Counted from the first letter of the stretch, positions 47,126-57,341 are shown. The stretch is DNA of 64,000 nucleotides from an uncultured Granulosicoccaceae bacterium (GCA_964574535.1 CAZNOB010000002.1:28109-92108); one strand, 5' to 3'. The notes: generated from the sequence alone by a model not told the origin. Made by a program: numbers and translations.

Positions 47126-47536
47126 TTATGCGCTAGCCTTATAGTGGTATTCGCTGTGGTGTCCGCGAGTTTTTTCAAGCACAAAGTTCAGGTGTTGATG
47201 CAGCAGGTCATCCGCCGTTTTATCTACATCGATAAACTTCACCCTTGATGTGAATTTTTTATTCCCGGCATGGCGAGTTGCTTCTTCGGATGAGATTACC
47301 TCTGCGCGTATAGATACAGTTCTCTGTTCAGAACCAAGCCGCATGGTTATTAAAAGCAGCTCACCCTTTGGTAGCTTTGATTCGTGTAAAAAGCATAGGC
47401 CGCCGCAGCTAAAGTTGACGACATGGGTTAGCTGTTCGTCGAGTGGGGTGTAGCCTATCGCAGTTTGCGCGTTTTCTACTCGCAGGGCCATTGCGTCTGA
47501 TACGCGTCGGTGTTTTCTTTTTTCCAGGAATTTCAT
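47126..47536 (-). CDS. PilZ domain protein (c-di-GMP binding)
   Basis: 136 aa. The RxxxR motif is in EKRKHRRVSD and the (D/N)xSxxG motif is in NFSCGGLCF. Confidence 0.75.
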   Translation of the reverse strand: MKFLEKRKHRRVSDAMALRVENAQTAIGYTPLDEQLTHVVNFSCGGLCFLHESKLPKGELLLITMRLGSEQRTVSIRAEVISSEEATRHAGNKKFTSRVKFIDVDKTADDLLHQHLNFVLEKTRGHHSEYHYKASA

Positions 47537-47623
47537 GTTGCCGTTTCTGTCTGCAATTTATAAGGCCCTTTCGTTGCAGCGAGTAGTGGTGCTATTACAA
47601 AAGAATTAGTATGTTAGAAGTAG

Positions 47624-47660
47624 AAAAAAGCTACTGTGAGGCTAATCACAATAGCTTTTC
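47624..47660 (-). terminator. Rho-independent terminator downstream of uppP
   Basis: Stem AGCTACTGTGA / TCACAATAGCT (47629-47639 / 47646-47656, one mismatch). An A-run lies on the plus side, which gives a T-run after the stem on the minus strand. Confidence 0.65.
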
Positions 47661-47735
47661 TTCTGCGAGCAATGCTAACTCTTTAATGCTGTTTAAGTCA
47701 TGACAATTTATATTAAAAATTGTGACTTAGTATGT

Positions 47736-48572
47736 TCAGGCCAGCGAAAAACCAGGCACCCATTCATAGATGAGCGCAAAGAGAACCGCCGCCAGTGCCA
47801 GTCTGTAAACCATAAAGATCCAGAAACCCACACGTTTTACCAGTGCCATTAAAATACTGATAGCAACAAAGGCAGCGAAGAACGTCAGTACTGCCGCCCA
47901 GATTGCATGCGCTGGTATTCCTGTACCCAATTGAACCGCTTCAATAGCCGTGAATCCACCTGCCGCTGCAATGGCAGGGATACCCAGAAGAAACGAAAAT
48001 CGTGCCGCTTCAGTGCGTTCGAATCCAAGAAAACGGGCAGCGGTCATTGTTGCGCCGGAACGGCTGGTTCCGGGAACCAGTGCCAGTGCCTGACAGATGC
48101 CAATAATTATTGCAGGTGAAAGTGTCATGTCTTCCATTTTTTTCACGCGTTTACCAACCACATCGGCAACGAAAAGCAGAATCCCGTAGATGACAGCGGT
48201 CCAGGCGATAATTTTGGCCAGCCCCACAGTGTCCTCACGAATTGCATCCAGTGTGCCTGTCAGTTTTAGTAATGCTCCGAAAACCAGTGCAGGAATAGTT
48301 GCCAGGGCGATGTAGCCCGCCATCCGTGCGTTGTCGTTGTTGCGAAATCGAATGAGATCCCAGGTGCCGGATAACAGATTCAGTACGTCACGCCAGAAAT
48401 AGGCAATAACCGCGAACAGTGATCCCACATGCACCATGACGTCGGTAATGACCCCCTGGTCAGGCCAGTCTGTCATTACCGGTAGCAATGCTAAATGCCC
48501 GGACGAAGATACCGGGAGAAATTCGGTTAAACCCTGAATCAGGGCGATCACGATTATCTGTTCTATGGTCAT
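47736..48572 (-). CDS. uppP: undecaprenyl-diphosphate phosphatase
   Basis: 278 aa, polytopic. Contains LTEFLPVSSSGHL and PGTSRSGATM, the two BacA/UppP signature motifs. Confidence 0.93.
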   Translation of the reverse strand: MTIEQIIVIALIQGLTEFLPVSSSGHLALLPVMTDWPDQGVITDVMVHVGSLFAVIAYFWRDVLNLLSGTWDLIRFRNNDNARMAGYIALATIPALVFGALLKLTGTLDAIREDTVGLAKIIAWTAVIYGILLFVADVVGKRVKKMEDMTLSPAIIIGICQALALVPGTSRSGATMTAARFLGFERTEAARFSFLLGIPAIAAAGGFTAIEAVQLGTGIPAHAIWAAVLTFFAAFVAISILMALVKRVGFWIFMVYRLALAAVLFALIYEWVPGFSLA

Positions 48573-48771
48573 ATTTTCTTATCAAAGATCAGGAGAAAGG
48601 GGCGGCAATATTGCTATAAAAGCGGCGATGGTGAGATGGAAAATCAGAAACAAATTCAGGCTCGGAAGCGGCAATCGGGTCCGGGACTACAACCCGAAAA
48701 AAATAATTCGGGCTCTCTACCTGAGTTTAGACCTAATGGCCGTTTTAACCAGCGTCGCAGGGAAGTGTTGA

Positions 48772-50115
48772 TTAAATTTCTGTGAAAAATGGCGCTTCGG
48801 TGGCCTTCTTTACCTGCTCCAGACTAACACCAGGCATCAATTTCTTTAGGTGCATTCCTACGGAGTCGATACGAAAAACGGCCAAGTCGGTGATCAGAAT
48901 GTCTACTACATTGCGCGCAGTGAGAGGCAGGGTGCAATCAGACACCACTTTGCTGGTGCCGTCGTTGCTGCGGTGAGTCATGGTGACGATCACTCTGCCA
49001 GCGCCTGTTGCGAGATCCATGGCTCCGCCCACGCCCAGCAGTGGTTTGCCGGGTACGGCCCAGTTGGCCAGATTTCCATGGCTGTCAACCTGTAGTGCAC
49101 CCAGTACCGCGGCATCCAGATGTTTGCCTCTGATCATGGCGAAAGATTCTGCACTGTCAAAGTAGCTGGCACCCGGTAGTGCGGTTACCGGTATTTTGCT
49201 GGCATTTACCGGAAAATCCATCGCTCCGCCGGACTCCGGGGCGGGTCCAACTCCAAGCATGCCGTTTTCGGAGTGCAGTACAATCCCGTGTTCAGGCGTA
49301 ATAAGGTCGGCAACCAGCGTCGGGATGCCAACCCCCAGATTGACGATCTCACCGGCCTTCAGTTCATCAAGCGCGGCTTGAGCCATGGCCAAACGATGTT
49401 TATCGATTTTTTTTGCACCCCCCGAAACTGATGCGGAAGTGCCAAGGTCTTTTTCGGTGGTGGTAGCGTGTACCAGATAATCGATATAGCAGCCGGCGGT
49501 ATGTACGGCACCGGGATCAATCTGACCGACCGGTACTATCTCCTGAGCTTCTACGATCACCAGGTCTGCAGCGGTTGCCGCTGCATGATTGAAGTTGTTT
49601 TCTGTAAGCCGGTACTGCAGATTGCCAGCAGTGTCTGCCCGCCATGCCCGTATAAATGCGACATCAGCTTTTAATGGTTCAACGAAAATCATTTCAACCC
49701 CGTTGATTGACCGTGTTTCCTTGCCTTCTGCCAGCGGGGTGCCTGCGGCGGTGGGGGTAAAAAATCCACCAATGCCTGCGCCGCCTGCGCGCAATGCTTC
49801 GCTGAGCGTTCCCTGCGGCAGTAACTCGCATGCCAGTTCACCCGCTAAGTGTGCGTCCACTGCTTCCCTGTTCGAAGTGAAAAATGATCCAATCGTGCGA
49901 TCAATTTGCTTGTTGCGAATAAGCCGACCACCACCCAATCCGGGTTCTCCGACATTGTTTCCGATGTAGGTTAGATTTTTTACCCTTGTTTCAGCGAGTG
50001 CGTTTGCTAAATGCACCGGGTAGCCTGTCATACCAAAACCACCGCACACCAGTGTATCCCCTGTTTTTACCAGCGCTGCTGCAGCTTCAGCGGTTATCTG
50101 TGGAACTGTTTTCAT
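48772..50115 (-). CDS. fused family I CoA-transferase (3-oxoacid CoA-transferase A+B subunits)
   Basis: The A-subunit-like N-terminus reads [15 protein letters not shown]. The B-subunit motif [11 protein letters not shown] carries the catalytic Glu in SENG. The ATG at 50115 (MKTVPQ...) is preferred to 50157. Confidence 0.8.
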   Translation of the reverse strand: MKTVPQITAEAAAALVKTGDTLVCGGFGMTGYPVHLANALAETRVKNLTYIGNNVGEPGLGGGRLIRNKQIDRTIGSFFTSNREAVDAHLAGELACELLPQGTLSEALRAGGAGIGGFFTPTAAGTPLAEGKETRSINGVEMIFVEPLKADVAFIRAWRADTAGNLQYRLTENNFNHAAATAADLVIVEAQEIVPVGQIDPGAVHTAGCYIDYLVHATTTEKDLGTSASVSGGAKKIDKHRLAMAQAALDELKAGEIVNLGVGIPTLVADLITPEHGIVLHSENGMLGVGPAPESGGAMDFPVNASKIPVTALPGASYFDSAESFAMIRGKHLDAAVLGALQVDSHGNLANWAVPGKPLLGVGGAMDLATGAGRVIVTMTHRSNDGTSKVVSDCTLPLTARNVVDILITDLAVFRIDSVGMHLKKLMPGVSLEQVKKATEAPFFTEI

Positions 50116-50177
50116 TGCGTTATCTGTTGGTGGTGTGAAAACCTGCGATGCAGGCATATTACGCTAAAACATCGCGC

Positions 50178-51491
50178 TTATACTGACTCCAGGTGATCAC
50201 GCAATGCCATCCACTTGATTGTCATTGATACCCCTGCGGTATGGAATTTATGCATCGCAAATTTTTTGGGGTTCGTGAGTGGAAATGCTGTCGTCTGTTG
50301 TGGTTGTAGAATATGTTTCGCGAGTGTTTTACCCATCATGGTACCCATGCCCACACCGCGACCGTTGTAACCCATCCCTGCGGTAAGACCAGGGGCAATC
50401 CGATGCATAAATGGCAGCGAGTCTTTAGTAATTGCTACGCGACCGCCCCAGTGATAGTCCCACCGCGTATCCGAAAGTAGTGGAAAGACATCGTTCACGC
50501 GTCGTTTAACGGCATCGAAATCTGCTTTGCAGAACGCATCGCGCATAGGGCCGTGGTCGCCAACGCAAAGCCTGCCATCCCGGTCGTAGCGGAAGTAAAG
50601 TATTAAGCGTCGCTTATCAACAAAGGTCACCTGGTTGGGTAAAACAGTTGCTCGCAAGTTATCTGACAGTGGCTCCGATGCCATTAGCAGGCTGCGTACA
50701 GGCACTACCTTTTGTCGTAGCCCTTTAATGAGATTGTCGGTATAACCATTGGTGCAAATTAATACCTGTTCGCTGGTGACTTGTCCGTGACTGGTACTAA
50801 GTGTCCAGCCGGTGGCGGGATTATCTGACTGTCGGATTCCGGTGACCGGAGATTCAGAGAAAATTCTGGCGCCGGCGGCTATTGATGCGGATGCCAGTTC
50901 TCTGGTGTATGACAATGGATGAAGGCTGCCAGCCATCGGGCAATGTAATCCCCCCAGATATCGTGTTGTGCCGGCTCTGTTCTCCAGCGTGGCTTTATCG
51001 AGTAACTCAAGCGTGCAACCAAACTCTGCGTAGTCGTTCAGGAGTTGCTGTTGAGTGTATAGATGGGATTGCGTTTTTGCGCCTTGTATCCAGCCGTTTT
51101 GCACGGGATCACAGTTCAGCCGGTTTTCACGAATTGATTTAAAAACTTCGTCGGGTGTATTAATTACCAAGTCAATCAGTCGCTCGCCCTGTGCAGTACC
51201 AAATTTTTGCAGTAGTGCCTTCGGGCCGAGATTAAGCCCCAGATTGACCTGTCCTCCGCTACGCCCGGATGCGCCGAAACCGATGCTCTTTGCCTCGAGC
51301 ACACACACAGAAGCTCCGTTTCTGGCGAGCAGCAGCGCTGCGTTTAACCCGGTGAAGCCACCGCCGACAATCGTCACATCGCTGCTTATGTGCTCGTTGA
51401 GCGACTGAGTGGCTGGCGTTTTTACCGCCGTAGCCATCCATAACGCATCTCGAGAGCCATCAATGGGATAGGTTTCGCTCATGGTGGGCAT
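50178..51491 (-). CDS. FAD-dependent oxidoreductase (DAO family; PuuB/amine oxidoreductase-like)
   Basis: 437 aa with dinucleotide motif DVTIVGGGFTGLNAALLLARNG. Overall length and C-terminal GYNGRGVGMG are typical of the DAO family. Confidence 0.8.
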   Translation of the reverse strand: MPTMSETYPIDGSRDALWMATAVKTPATQSLNEHISSDVTIVGGGFTGLNAALLLARNGASVCVLEAKSIGFGASGRSGGQVNLGLNLGPKALLQKFGTAQGERLIDLVINTPDEVFKSIRENRLNCDPVQNGWIQGAKTQSHLYTQQQLLNDYAEFGCTLELLDKATLENRAGTTRYLGGLHCPMAGSLHPLSYTRELASASIAAGARIFSESPVTGIRQSDNPATGWTLSTSHGQVTSEQVLICTNGYTDNLIKGLRQKVVPVRSLLMASEPLSDNLRATVLPNQVTFVDKRRLILYFRYDRDGRLCVGDHGPMRDAFCKADFDAVKRRVNDVFPLLSDTRWDYHWGGRVAITKDSLPFMHRIAPGLTAGMGYNGRGVGMGTMMGKTLAKHILQPQQTTAFPLTNPKKFAMHKFHTAGVSMTIKWMALRDHLESV

Positions 51492-51798
51492 CTTGGGTTA
51501 CGGAAAGTGTGCGCTGCTCTACATTGCAGTTCAGTTGCGAGTCAGCGAGAGTTAGTAAGAGTAATACCTGTCCCGTCGGATCCGTGCAACGGATGTTTTT
51601 AACTCGCTGATCGGGTCGATTATCTACTCGCGACTCGAAGTGCCGTTGAAATGACGATTTACGATTGAATGTCGCGGATTTGAATATGTTGCTTTGAAAA
51701 GAAAGGCCAACACGCGATAATGGGGTACTTTGCCTCAGCGGGGCAAGTCAGTGCGATGAATCCTCGATGCGCTGCGAAACACTTAACGGAGTTTAACA

Positions 51799-52767
51799 AT
51801 GCGAACTATTTTAAAAACACTTTCAGCGGCAGCTGTTGCTGTTGCATTCACAGCACCTGTCCAGGCTGCAGACGAAGTCAACGTAGCTTTCTTTCTCGAG
51901 TGGGCAACTCCCAACATGATCGCCAAGGCCGAAGGCGCTTACGATGATGCTATGGGTGTAAAAGTGAACTGGACCAACTTTGATGCAGGTACCCAGATGA
52001 CGGAGGCGATGCTCGCTGGCGATATCGATATTTCTTACAGTCAGGGTTTGGCGCCTTTCATTACTGCAGTTAATGCCAATGCGCCAATTAAAACCATCGC
52101 TGTTGCGGTGACATATCCTTCAAATCCATGCATCGTCGCCGGCAGTGCTGGCATCACCGCTGAAAATGCATCAGAGCTGGAAGGCAAATCGGTTGCTGTG
52201 CCTCTGGCCACCATGGCTGACTATAGCTTCCGTATGCAAATGCGTATGCTTGATGTTGATATCAGTGAAATGACTATCGTTGATCAGGTGCCAGCAGACG
52301 CAGTGGTTTCACTGGCTGATGGCAGCGTCGATATGGCATGCATTTTCGGTGGTGACAGTATCAAGAAGGCAATGGAAAACGGTGAGCAGCTCATGTCTAA
52401 CGACGCGATGGCTGAAGCCGGTATTGTTGCATTTGACGTGGTTTCTGTGACCGAAAAATTTGCTCAGGAAAATCCTGAGTTGGTACAGGGTTTCATGGAT
52501 GTCACTGATGAAATCAACAAATCTTTCGCCAAAGATCAATCTAAAATGGAACTGATCGAGAAAGAATCTGGTATGGATAAAGAAACCACCATGAACCAGA
52601 TGGCTGACATGGTCTTCCCGACTAAAGAATCACAGATGAGTGACTTCTTTAACGATGGTGGCCTTGCAGCTACTGCGTTCGGTATTGTTGGTGGTGCTTT
52701 TGCAACTGATGATAATCCAGCACGTGAAGACTACAGCGCAGTGATCGACACTTCATTCCTGAAGTAA
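51799..52767 (+). CDS. ABC transporter substrate-binding protein (NMT1/TauA/SsuA-like), orphan
   Basis: 322 aa with signal peptide MRTILKTLSAAAVAVAFTAPVQA. The periplasmic binding-protein character is NitT/TauT-type. No permease or ATPase gene is adjacent. Confidence 0.7.
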   Translation: MRTILKTLSAAAVAVAFTAPVQAADEVNVAFFLEWATPNMIAKAEGAYDDAMGVKVNWTNFDAGTQMTEAMLAGDIDISYSQGLAPFITAVNANAPIKTIAVAVTYPSNPCIVAGSAGITAENASELEGKSVAVPLATMADYSFRMQMRMLDVDISEMTIVDQVPADAVVSLADGSVDMACIFGGDSIKKAMENGEQLMSNDAMAEAGIVAFDVVSVTEKFAQENPELVQGFMDVTDEINKSFAKDQSKMELIEKESGMDKETTMNQMADMVFPTKESQMSDFFNDGGLAATAFGIVGGAFATDDNPAREDYSAVIDTSFLK

Positions 52768-52799
52768 GCGTTTAGTTAGTCATAATGTTGTGAGAAGAA

Positions 52800-52824
52800 G
52801 GCGGGGTATACCCCGCCTTTTTTT
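52800..52824 (+). terminator. Rho-independent terminator after the binding-protein gene
   Basis: GGCGGGG-TATA-CCCCGCC followed by TTTTTTT. On the opposite strand the same stem is followed by TTCTTCTC, so it may also stop 6S RNA read-through. Confidence 0.85.
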
Positions 52825-52854
52825 GTCTGCAAATTGGATTGCAGGTAGTGGTAG

Positions 52855-53050
52855 GCGGACGCCCTCCACCTGTGCCGTCGCAAACCGTGTACCTTGAACC
52901 AGTCGGTTCAGGTGGGAGGGATTATTGCCGAATCAGGCTTCCCGCCGTAGCGGACATGCACAACAACGACAGATAACCTGGCTCCCGGGGTAACGAATTA
53001 GGCTCAAGGGATATAACGGGCCTGCAAACGAACACTGCAGAGAACGTCCA
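52855..53050 (-). ncRNA. ssrS: 6S RNA
   Basis: It lies immediately downstream of zapA on the same strand, the conserved zapA-ssrS arrangement. The minus-strand sequence ...GUGUUCGUUUGCAGGCCCGUUAUAUCCCUUGAGCCUAAUUCG...GGGAAGCCUGAUUCGG...CCACCUGAACCGACUGGUUCAAGGUAC... resembles the conserved 6S segments as I recall them from E. coli. The ends GGACG.../...CGUCC can pair to close the long helix. The ends are approximate to +/-10 nt. Confidence 0.75.
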
Positions 53051-53056
53051 AACTGG

Positions 53057-53085
53057 AATGTAGTTTATCTTGGGATATATCTCAA
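53057..53085 (-). promoter_or_regulatory. candidate sigma70 promoter of ssrS
   Basis: Minus strand: TTGAGA (53085-53080), a 17-nt spacer, then TACATT (53062-53057), about 7 nt upstream of the proposed 6S 5' end. The -35 element lies in one copy of a 14-15-bp tandem duplication. Confidence 0.4.
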
Positions 53086-53121
53086 AGGATATATCTCAAA
53101 GTTAAGGGTTGGAATATTTGC

Positions 53122-53457
53122 TTATAGTCTTGCAATGACCGAGGATTCGGTCTGATCTTTCATTGAAGATGTGTCATCAAGTACGCGATCTATCCGAGAA
53201 TTCATATCGATGATACTACTGGATACTGAATCCAGAATATTATGGGTTTCGGCAGCATCCTGCAATTCATTGGCAAGGTTGAGCGCGGTTAACACGGCCG
53301 CTTTCTCGGTGCTGATAGTGCCTGTTTTTGCCTGACGCATTCGGTTGTCAACATCCCCGGCAGCCTGTATCAAGCGCTGCTTTTCATCAGGGCCACACTG
53401 AATAAGGTATTCCTTATTCATAATGTACACTTTGACCGAAACTTTATCTTGCGTCAT
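53122..53457 (-). CDS. zapA: cell division protein ZapA
   Basis: 111 aa. VKVYIMNKEYLIQCGPDEKQRLIQAAGDVDNRM matches the ZapA N-terminal domain pattern, and a coiled-coil C-terminus follows. Synteny with ygfB-pepP-ubiH supports the call. Confidence 0.85.
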   Translation of the reverse strand: MTQDKVSVKVYIMNKEYLIQCGPDEKQRLIQAAGDVDNRMRQAKTGTISTEKAAVLTALNLANELQDAAETHNILDSVSSSIIDMNSRIDRVLDDTSSMKDQTESSVIARL

Positions 53458-53681
53458 CAGGCGGTTTCCAACGATTTCAAACGGGTTATGATAGCCTCGA
53501 CTCTGGTTTTGGCCAGATCATTTTTTTCAATCAGTCTGGAACGTTCCTCTACAAGGCTGCTTTGCTGCGCTCGCAGGGATTCGTTCTCAACTTTCAAACG
53601 GTCTGCCATATCGATTAACTCGGTGAGTTTATGCTCAAAGGCAGTCAATTGCTCTTTTAGGAATTTTGGGTCGTCATCCAT
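53457..53681 (-). CDS. small coiled-coil protein upstream of zapA (TIGR02449/ZapB-like)
   Basis: From the ATG at 53681: MDDDPKFLKEQLTAFEHKLTELIDMADRLKVENESLRAQQSSLVEERSRL... The sequence is heptad-rich and about 74 aa. Its stop overlaps the zapA start. The longer ORF to 53750 is unlikely. Confidence 0.6.
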   Translation of the reverse strand: MDDDPKFLKEQLTAFEHKLTELIDMADRLKVENESLRAQQSSLVEERSRLIEKNDLAKTRVEAIITRLKSLETA

Positions 53682-54002
53682 CGGCTTAGTTTTTTTTGAG
53701 TGCACCGTGGCGTCAATGGTAATGCAGAGCCGACACAGTAACATGAACAATAGTTAACCTGGACCGGAAATTTCATCCGGGTAGCGATATTATCGCGCAG
53801 GAGTTTGATTTCTCGAAGGGATATTCTGGCGCGGCAGCGCACGTTGGCGCTCGGTACCGGACAATTCCATCTGAAATAAAATACTGACTGAATATCGTGA
53901 TCCTGATGAATTATCCGGGCTATTTATATTGATAACGGTAAACTGCCCGAAAGACTGAGGCAGAGTGGCGTAAAAGCCCATTATTTAGCGTGAGAACAAT
54001 CT

Positions 54003-54563
54003 ATGGCACTACCCGAATTTTCCGAAGTTGATGACGCGCTGTCTTCCGGCGGGTCGCTGGTGCGGGCGGCTGAATGTCATGGTGTGCTGTGCGGAATTTT
54101 ATGTGCCTCGGGCTCCGCTGATATGCAGGGCTGGATTCGCCATCTCTTTGAATCCAGAGATGAAAAACTTGATATTACGGCCAACGCGCTGAGAGTGTTA
54201 CACGATGTACACCAGGGCACTCTGGCTGAAATTAATCACGAGACTTTTGAGTTTTCGCTGCTATTACCGTCCGTTGACACTGCAATCGAGGAGCGTATCA
54301 ACGCGGTATCCGAGTGGTGCAGCGGGCTTAGCCTGGGCCTTTCTATGGGGGGCCTGCAGGACAAAATGCTGTCGAATGATGATGTACAGGAATTCATCCA
54401 GGATGTGCAATATATCGCCGAAGCCTGTTTTCGCCCTGACACTGAAGAAGAGGACCATACCGAGGAGTCGCTGGCCGAGATCGAGGAATATTTGCGTGTC
54501 GGCGTGCTGCTATTAAATGAAGAGCTGCAGCCCACTGCGGCGGTTTCACCCACTATTCATTAG
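54003..54563 (+). CDS. ygfB: UPF0149 family protein YgfB
   Basis: 186 aa. It lies divergent from zapA and directly upstream of pepP, as in E. coli. HGVLCGILCA and the acidic C-terminus are typical of YgfB. Confidence 0.75.
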   Translation: MALPEFSEVDDALSSGGSLVRAAECHGVLCGILCASGSADMQGWIRHLFESRDEKLDITANALRVLHDVHQGTLAEINHETFEFSLLLPSVDTAIEERINAVSEWCSGLSLGLSMGGLQDKMLSNDDVQEFIQDVQYIAEACFRPDTEEEDHTEESLAEIEEYLRVGVLLLNEELQPTAAVSPTIH

Positions 54564-54584
54564 CCAAAGGACCGGACGACCAGA

Positions 54585-55904
54585 ATGCAGGATTCCAGAA
54601 CTATTCGCCGGGAGCGCGCGCGTCGCCGTAAGAATCTGATGCGCGCAATCGGCAAGGATTCCATTGCGATTATCCCATCTGCCCCGGAGAAAAAGCGCTC
54701 CAGAGATACGGACTATCGCTACCGGCAGGACAGCGACTTTTACTATCTGACTGGTTTCGAAGAACCCGAATCGGTAGCCGTGCTCATTTCGGGGCGTCGC
54801 GCCGCTGAATATATTGTATTTTGTCGTGAACGCGATGAATTGATGGAAACCTGGAATGGCAGGCGACTGGGGGTGGACAATGCTCCGGCCGTGTTGGATA
54901 CCGATGATGCGTTTCCAATTGATGATATCGACGATATCCTGCCCGGATTACTGGAAGGGCGAGAACGTGTGTTTTATTCCATGGGCCGGGAGACTTTGTT
55001 CGACAATCGTATTATTGGCTGGATCAATCAATTAAAGGCCAAGTCAGGTTCTGGTGCCAGTGTGCCAAGCGAATTTGTTTCACTGGATTTTCATCTGCAT
55101 GACATGCGTCTTTATAAAAGTCGTGCAGAGCTTAGTCTGCTGCGCAAAGCAGCTAAAATAAGTGCGGCCGGTCATGTGGCTGCTATGAAGCACTGTGCGC
55201 CAGAGCGGATGGAATACGAGCTGGAGGCTGAATTAATTTCAACGTATCGCCGTGAAGGAGCCGAGCATTCCTTCTTACCTATTGTCGGAGGCGGTGAAAA
55301 TGGTTGTATTTTGCACTACACCGAAAACAATATGGTGTTAAACGACGGTGACCTGGTGCTGGTAGATTCAGGCGCTGAGTGGAAATGTTACGCCGGGGAT
55401 ATCACCAGAACCTATCCGGTGAACGGGCGCTTTAGTGAAGCGCAGCGCGATGTGTACGAAATTGTACTTGAGGCAAATCTCGCGGCCATCGATAAGGTGG
55501 TGGCAGGTAATCACTGGAATGATCCGCACAACGCTGCTGTCAGAGTGATTACTCGTGGTTTGATGAACCTGGGCATATTAAAAGGCGAGTTAAAAACACT
55601 GATTAAGGAAGAGGCCTTTAAACCCTATTTTATGCATCGCACCGGCCATTGGCTGGGGCTGGATGTGCATGATGTTGGTGACTATAAAGTTGATGACAAA
55701 TGGCGTTTGCTGGAACCGGGTATGGTACTTACCATAGAGCCGGGCATCTATTTACCTGCGTCCAGCGGGGTGTTGAAACGCTATCGAGGTATCGGTATTC
55801 GCGTGGAAGACGATGTGATTGTCACCGACGACGTGCCAGAGGTTATTACTGCCGGAGTGCCAAAAACGATCGATGAAATAGAATCGATAATGCAGTCTGA
55901 ATAG
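54585..55904 (+). CDS. pepP: Xaa-Pro aminopeptidase
   Basis: 439 aa. Metal ligands of the M24B fold are present in DLVLVDSGAEW..YAGDITRT, HRTGHWLGLDVHD, TIEPGIY and IRVEDD. Confidence 0.93.
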   Translation: MQDSRTIRRERARRRKNLMRAIGKDSIAIIPSAPEKKRSRDTDYRYRQDSDFYYLTGFEEPESVAVLISGRRAAEYIVFCRERDELMETWNGRRLGVDNAPAVLDTDDAFPIDDIDDILPGLLEGRERVFYSMGRETLFDNRIIGWINQLKAKSGSGASVPSEFVSLDFHLHDMRLYKSRAELSLLRKAAKISAAGHVAAMKHCAPERMEYELEAELISTYRREGAEHSFLPIVGGGENGCILHYTENNMVLNDGDLVLVDSGAEWKCYAGDITRTYPVNGRFSEAQRDVYEIVLEANLAAIDKVVAGNHWNDPHNAAVRVITRGLMNLGILKGELKTLIKEEAFKPYFMHRTGHWLGLDVHDVGDYKVDDKWRLLEPGMVLTIEPGIYLPASSGVLKRYRGIGIRVEDDVIVTDDVPEVITAGVPKTIDEIESIMQSE

Positions 55905-55923
55905 ATATTTTTAAGTTTTTATT

Positions 55924-57135
55924 GTGAATGACAATAAACAAAAAATTGTTGTTGCGGGTGCCGGAATTGTGGGTACTGTTCAGGCGTTATTGCTGGCGCA
56001 AGTGGGATACCGGGTAACCCTGGTTGATGCAGCCAGCCTGCCTGCACCGAGTAGCGGTCTCGACGTTCGCAGTGTGGCATTGTCTTATCGATCCTGTCAG
56101 TTGCTTGCGGGCTGTGGCCTGTGGCCCGTAGGTGGCGGATGCGCAATCAATGAAGTGCATGTCACAGAGCGCGGTAAATTTGGCGCGGTTCGGTTACTGG
56201 CGCGTGATTTAGAAGTCCCGCAACTGGGCGCTGTGATTCAAAATGCGGTGCTGGAGCAATATTTGACGGCACTGGTGAGTGACTGTCCCGATATCGAATT
56301 GCACCAACCTGCCACTGCGAAGGTGGTCAGTAACACTTCACAGGGGGTATCTGTACAAATCCAGAATTCGCACGAAAAATACCAGATGGATGCCGCACTG
56401 TTGATCGCGGCTGACGGCACGTTTTCAAAAATACGCGACGAAATTAATATAAAAACGCGGACTTTTGATTATCAACAGCATGCGATCGTTGCCAACCTTC
56501 AGTGCCAGCGCGATCATCAAAATATCGCCTATGAACGTTTTACCTCGAGTGGCCCGCTGGCCCTGTTGCCGTTGGATAAGCGCCAAATGGCAATGGTGTA
56601 CACGGTAAATTCTGCTGACATCAACACCTTTAAAGCGTGTAGCGACGCAGAATTACTCGCACTCCTGCAGCGGAGCTTTGGTGGCAAACTCGGGCGCTTT
56701 GAAGCGCTGGGAAAACGCGGTGTATTTCCGCTTGAACGCGTTGAGAGCCAACAGCAAACCAATCAGCAGGTGATTTTGATTGGAAATGCGGCACGCACCT
56801 TACATCCGGTGGCGGGTCAGGGGCTGAATCTTGCGCTGCGCGACGTGGTCGAGCTCAGTGCTTTGCTGGGCAAGACAGATGACCTGACAACAGTGCCAGC
56901 TGAGTTCGTTCGGACCCGCGCAAGTGACCAGCAAAGTGTGGTTCGTATGACTGATTTGCTGGCGCGGGTTTTCAGGCAACAGCCCTGGCCAATTGCGATT
57001 CCAGTGTCGATGGCTCGGTCGACTGCGCTGGCGGTGCTTGATCTGGTTCCCCCGTTGCGAAAAAGGTTTGGTGCTGCCAGCAGCGGGATAGGTAAGCCGT
57101 TGTCAAATTGCAGCAAATCACAGACTATTATTTAA
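55924..57135 (+). CDS. ubiH: 2-octaprenyl-6-methoxyphenol hydroxylase (UbiH-type FAD monooxygenase)
   Basis: 403 aa. Contains IVVAGAGIVGT (GxGxxG), LIAADG and LIGNAARTLHPVAGQGLNLALRD. It lies downstream of pepP. The UbiH versus UbiI/UbiF assignment rests on synteny. Confidence 0.8.
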   Translation: MNDNKQKIVVAGAGIVGTVQALLLAQVGYRVTLVDAASLPAPSSGLDVRSVALSYRSCQLLAGCGLWPVGGGCAINEVHVTERGKFGAVRLLARDLEVPQLGAVIQNAVLEQYLTALVSDCPDIELHQPATAKVVSNTSQGVSVQIQNSHEKYQMDAALLIAADGTFSKIRDEINIKTRTFDYQQHAIVANLQCQRDHQNIAYERFTSSGPLALLPLDKRQMAMVYTVNSADINTFKACSDAELLALLQRSFGGKLGRFEALGKRGVFPLERVESQQQTNQQVILIGNAARTLHPVAGQGLNLALRDVVELSALLGKTDDLTTVPAEFVRTRASDQQSVVRMTDLLARVFRQQPWPIAIPVSMARSTALAVLDLVPPLRKRFGAASSGIGKPLSNCSKSQTII

Positions 57136-57341
57136 ATCAGTAGTTTAGAATGAGGTGAATTCGCCAAAATGCCAGTGCGGTCGCGGAAATGCTAACCTGG
57201 ATGTCGGATAGTCGCTGATATGCGGATTAGGAAGTGGTAACCGACCTTGAATTTTGGTTGTTTGACCTGACGATAAAAGTCAGTATGGGGAGTTAACCTG
57301 CCCCTGATCGCTCCGCAGTTTCAAACAGGAAGTTATACATT

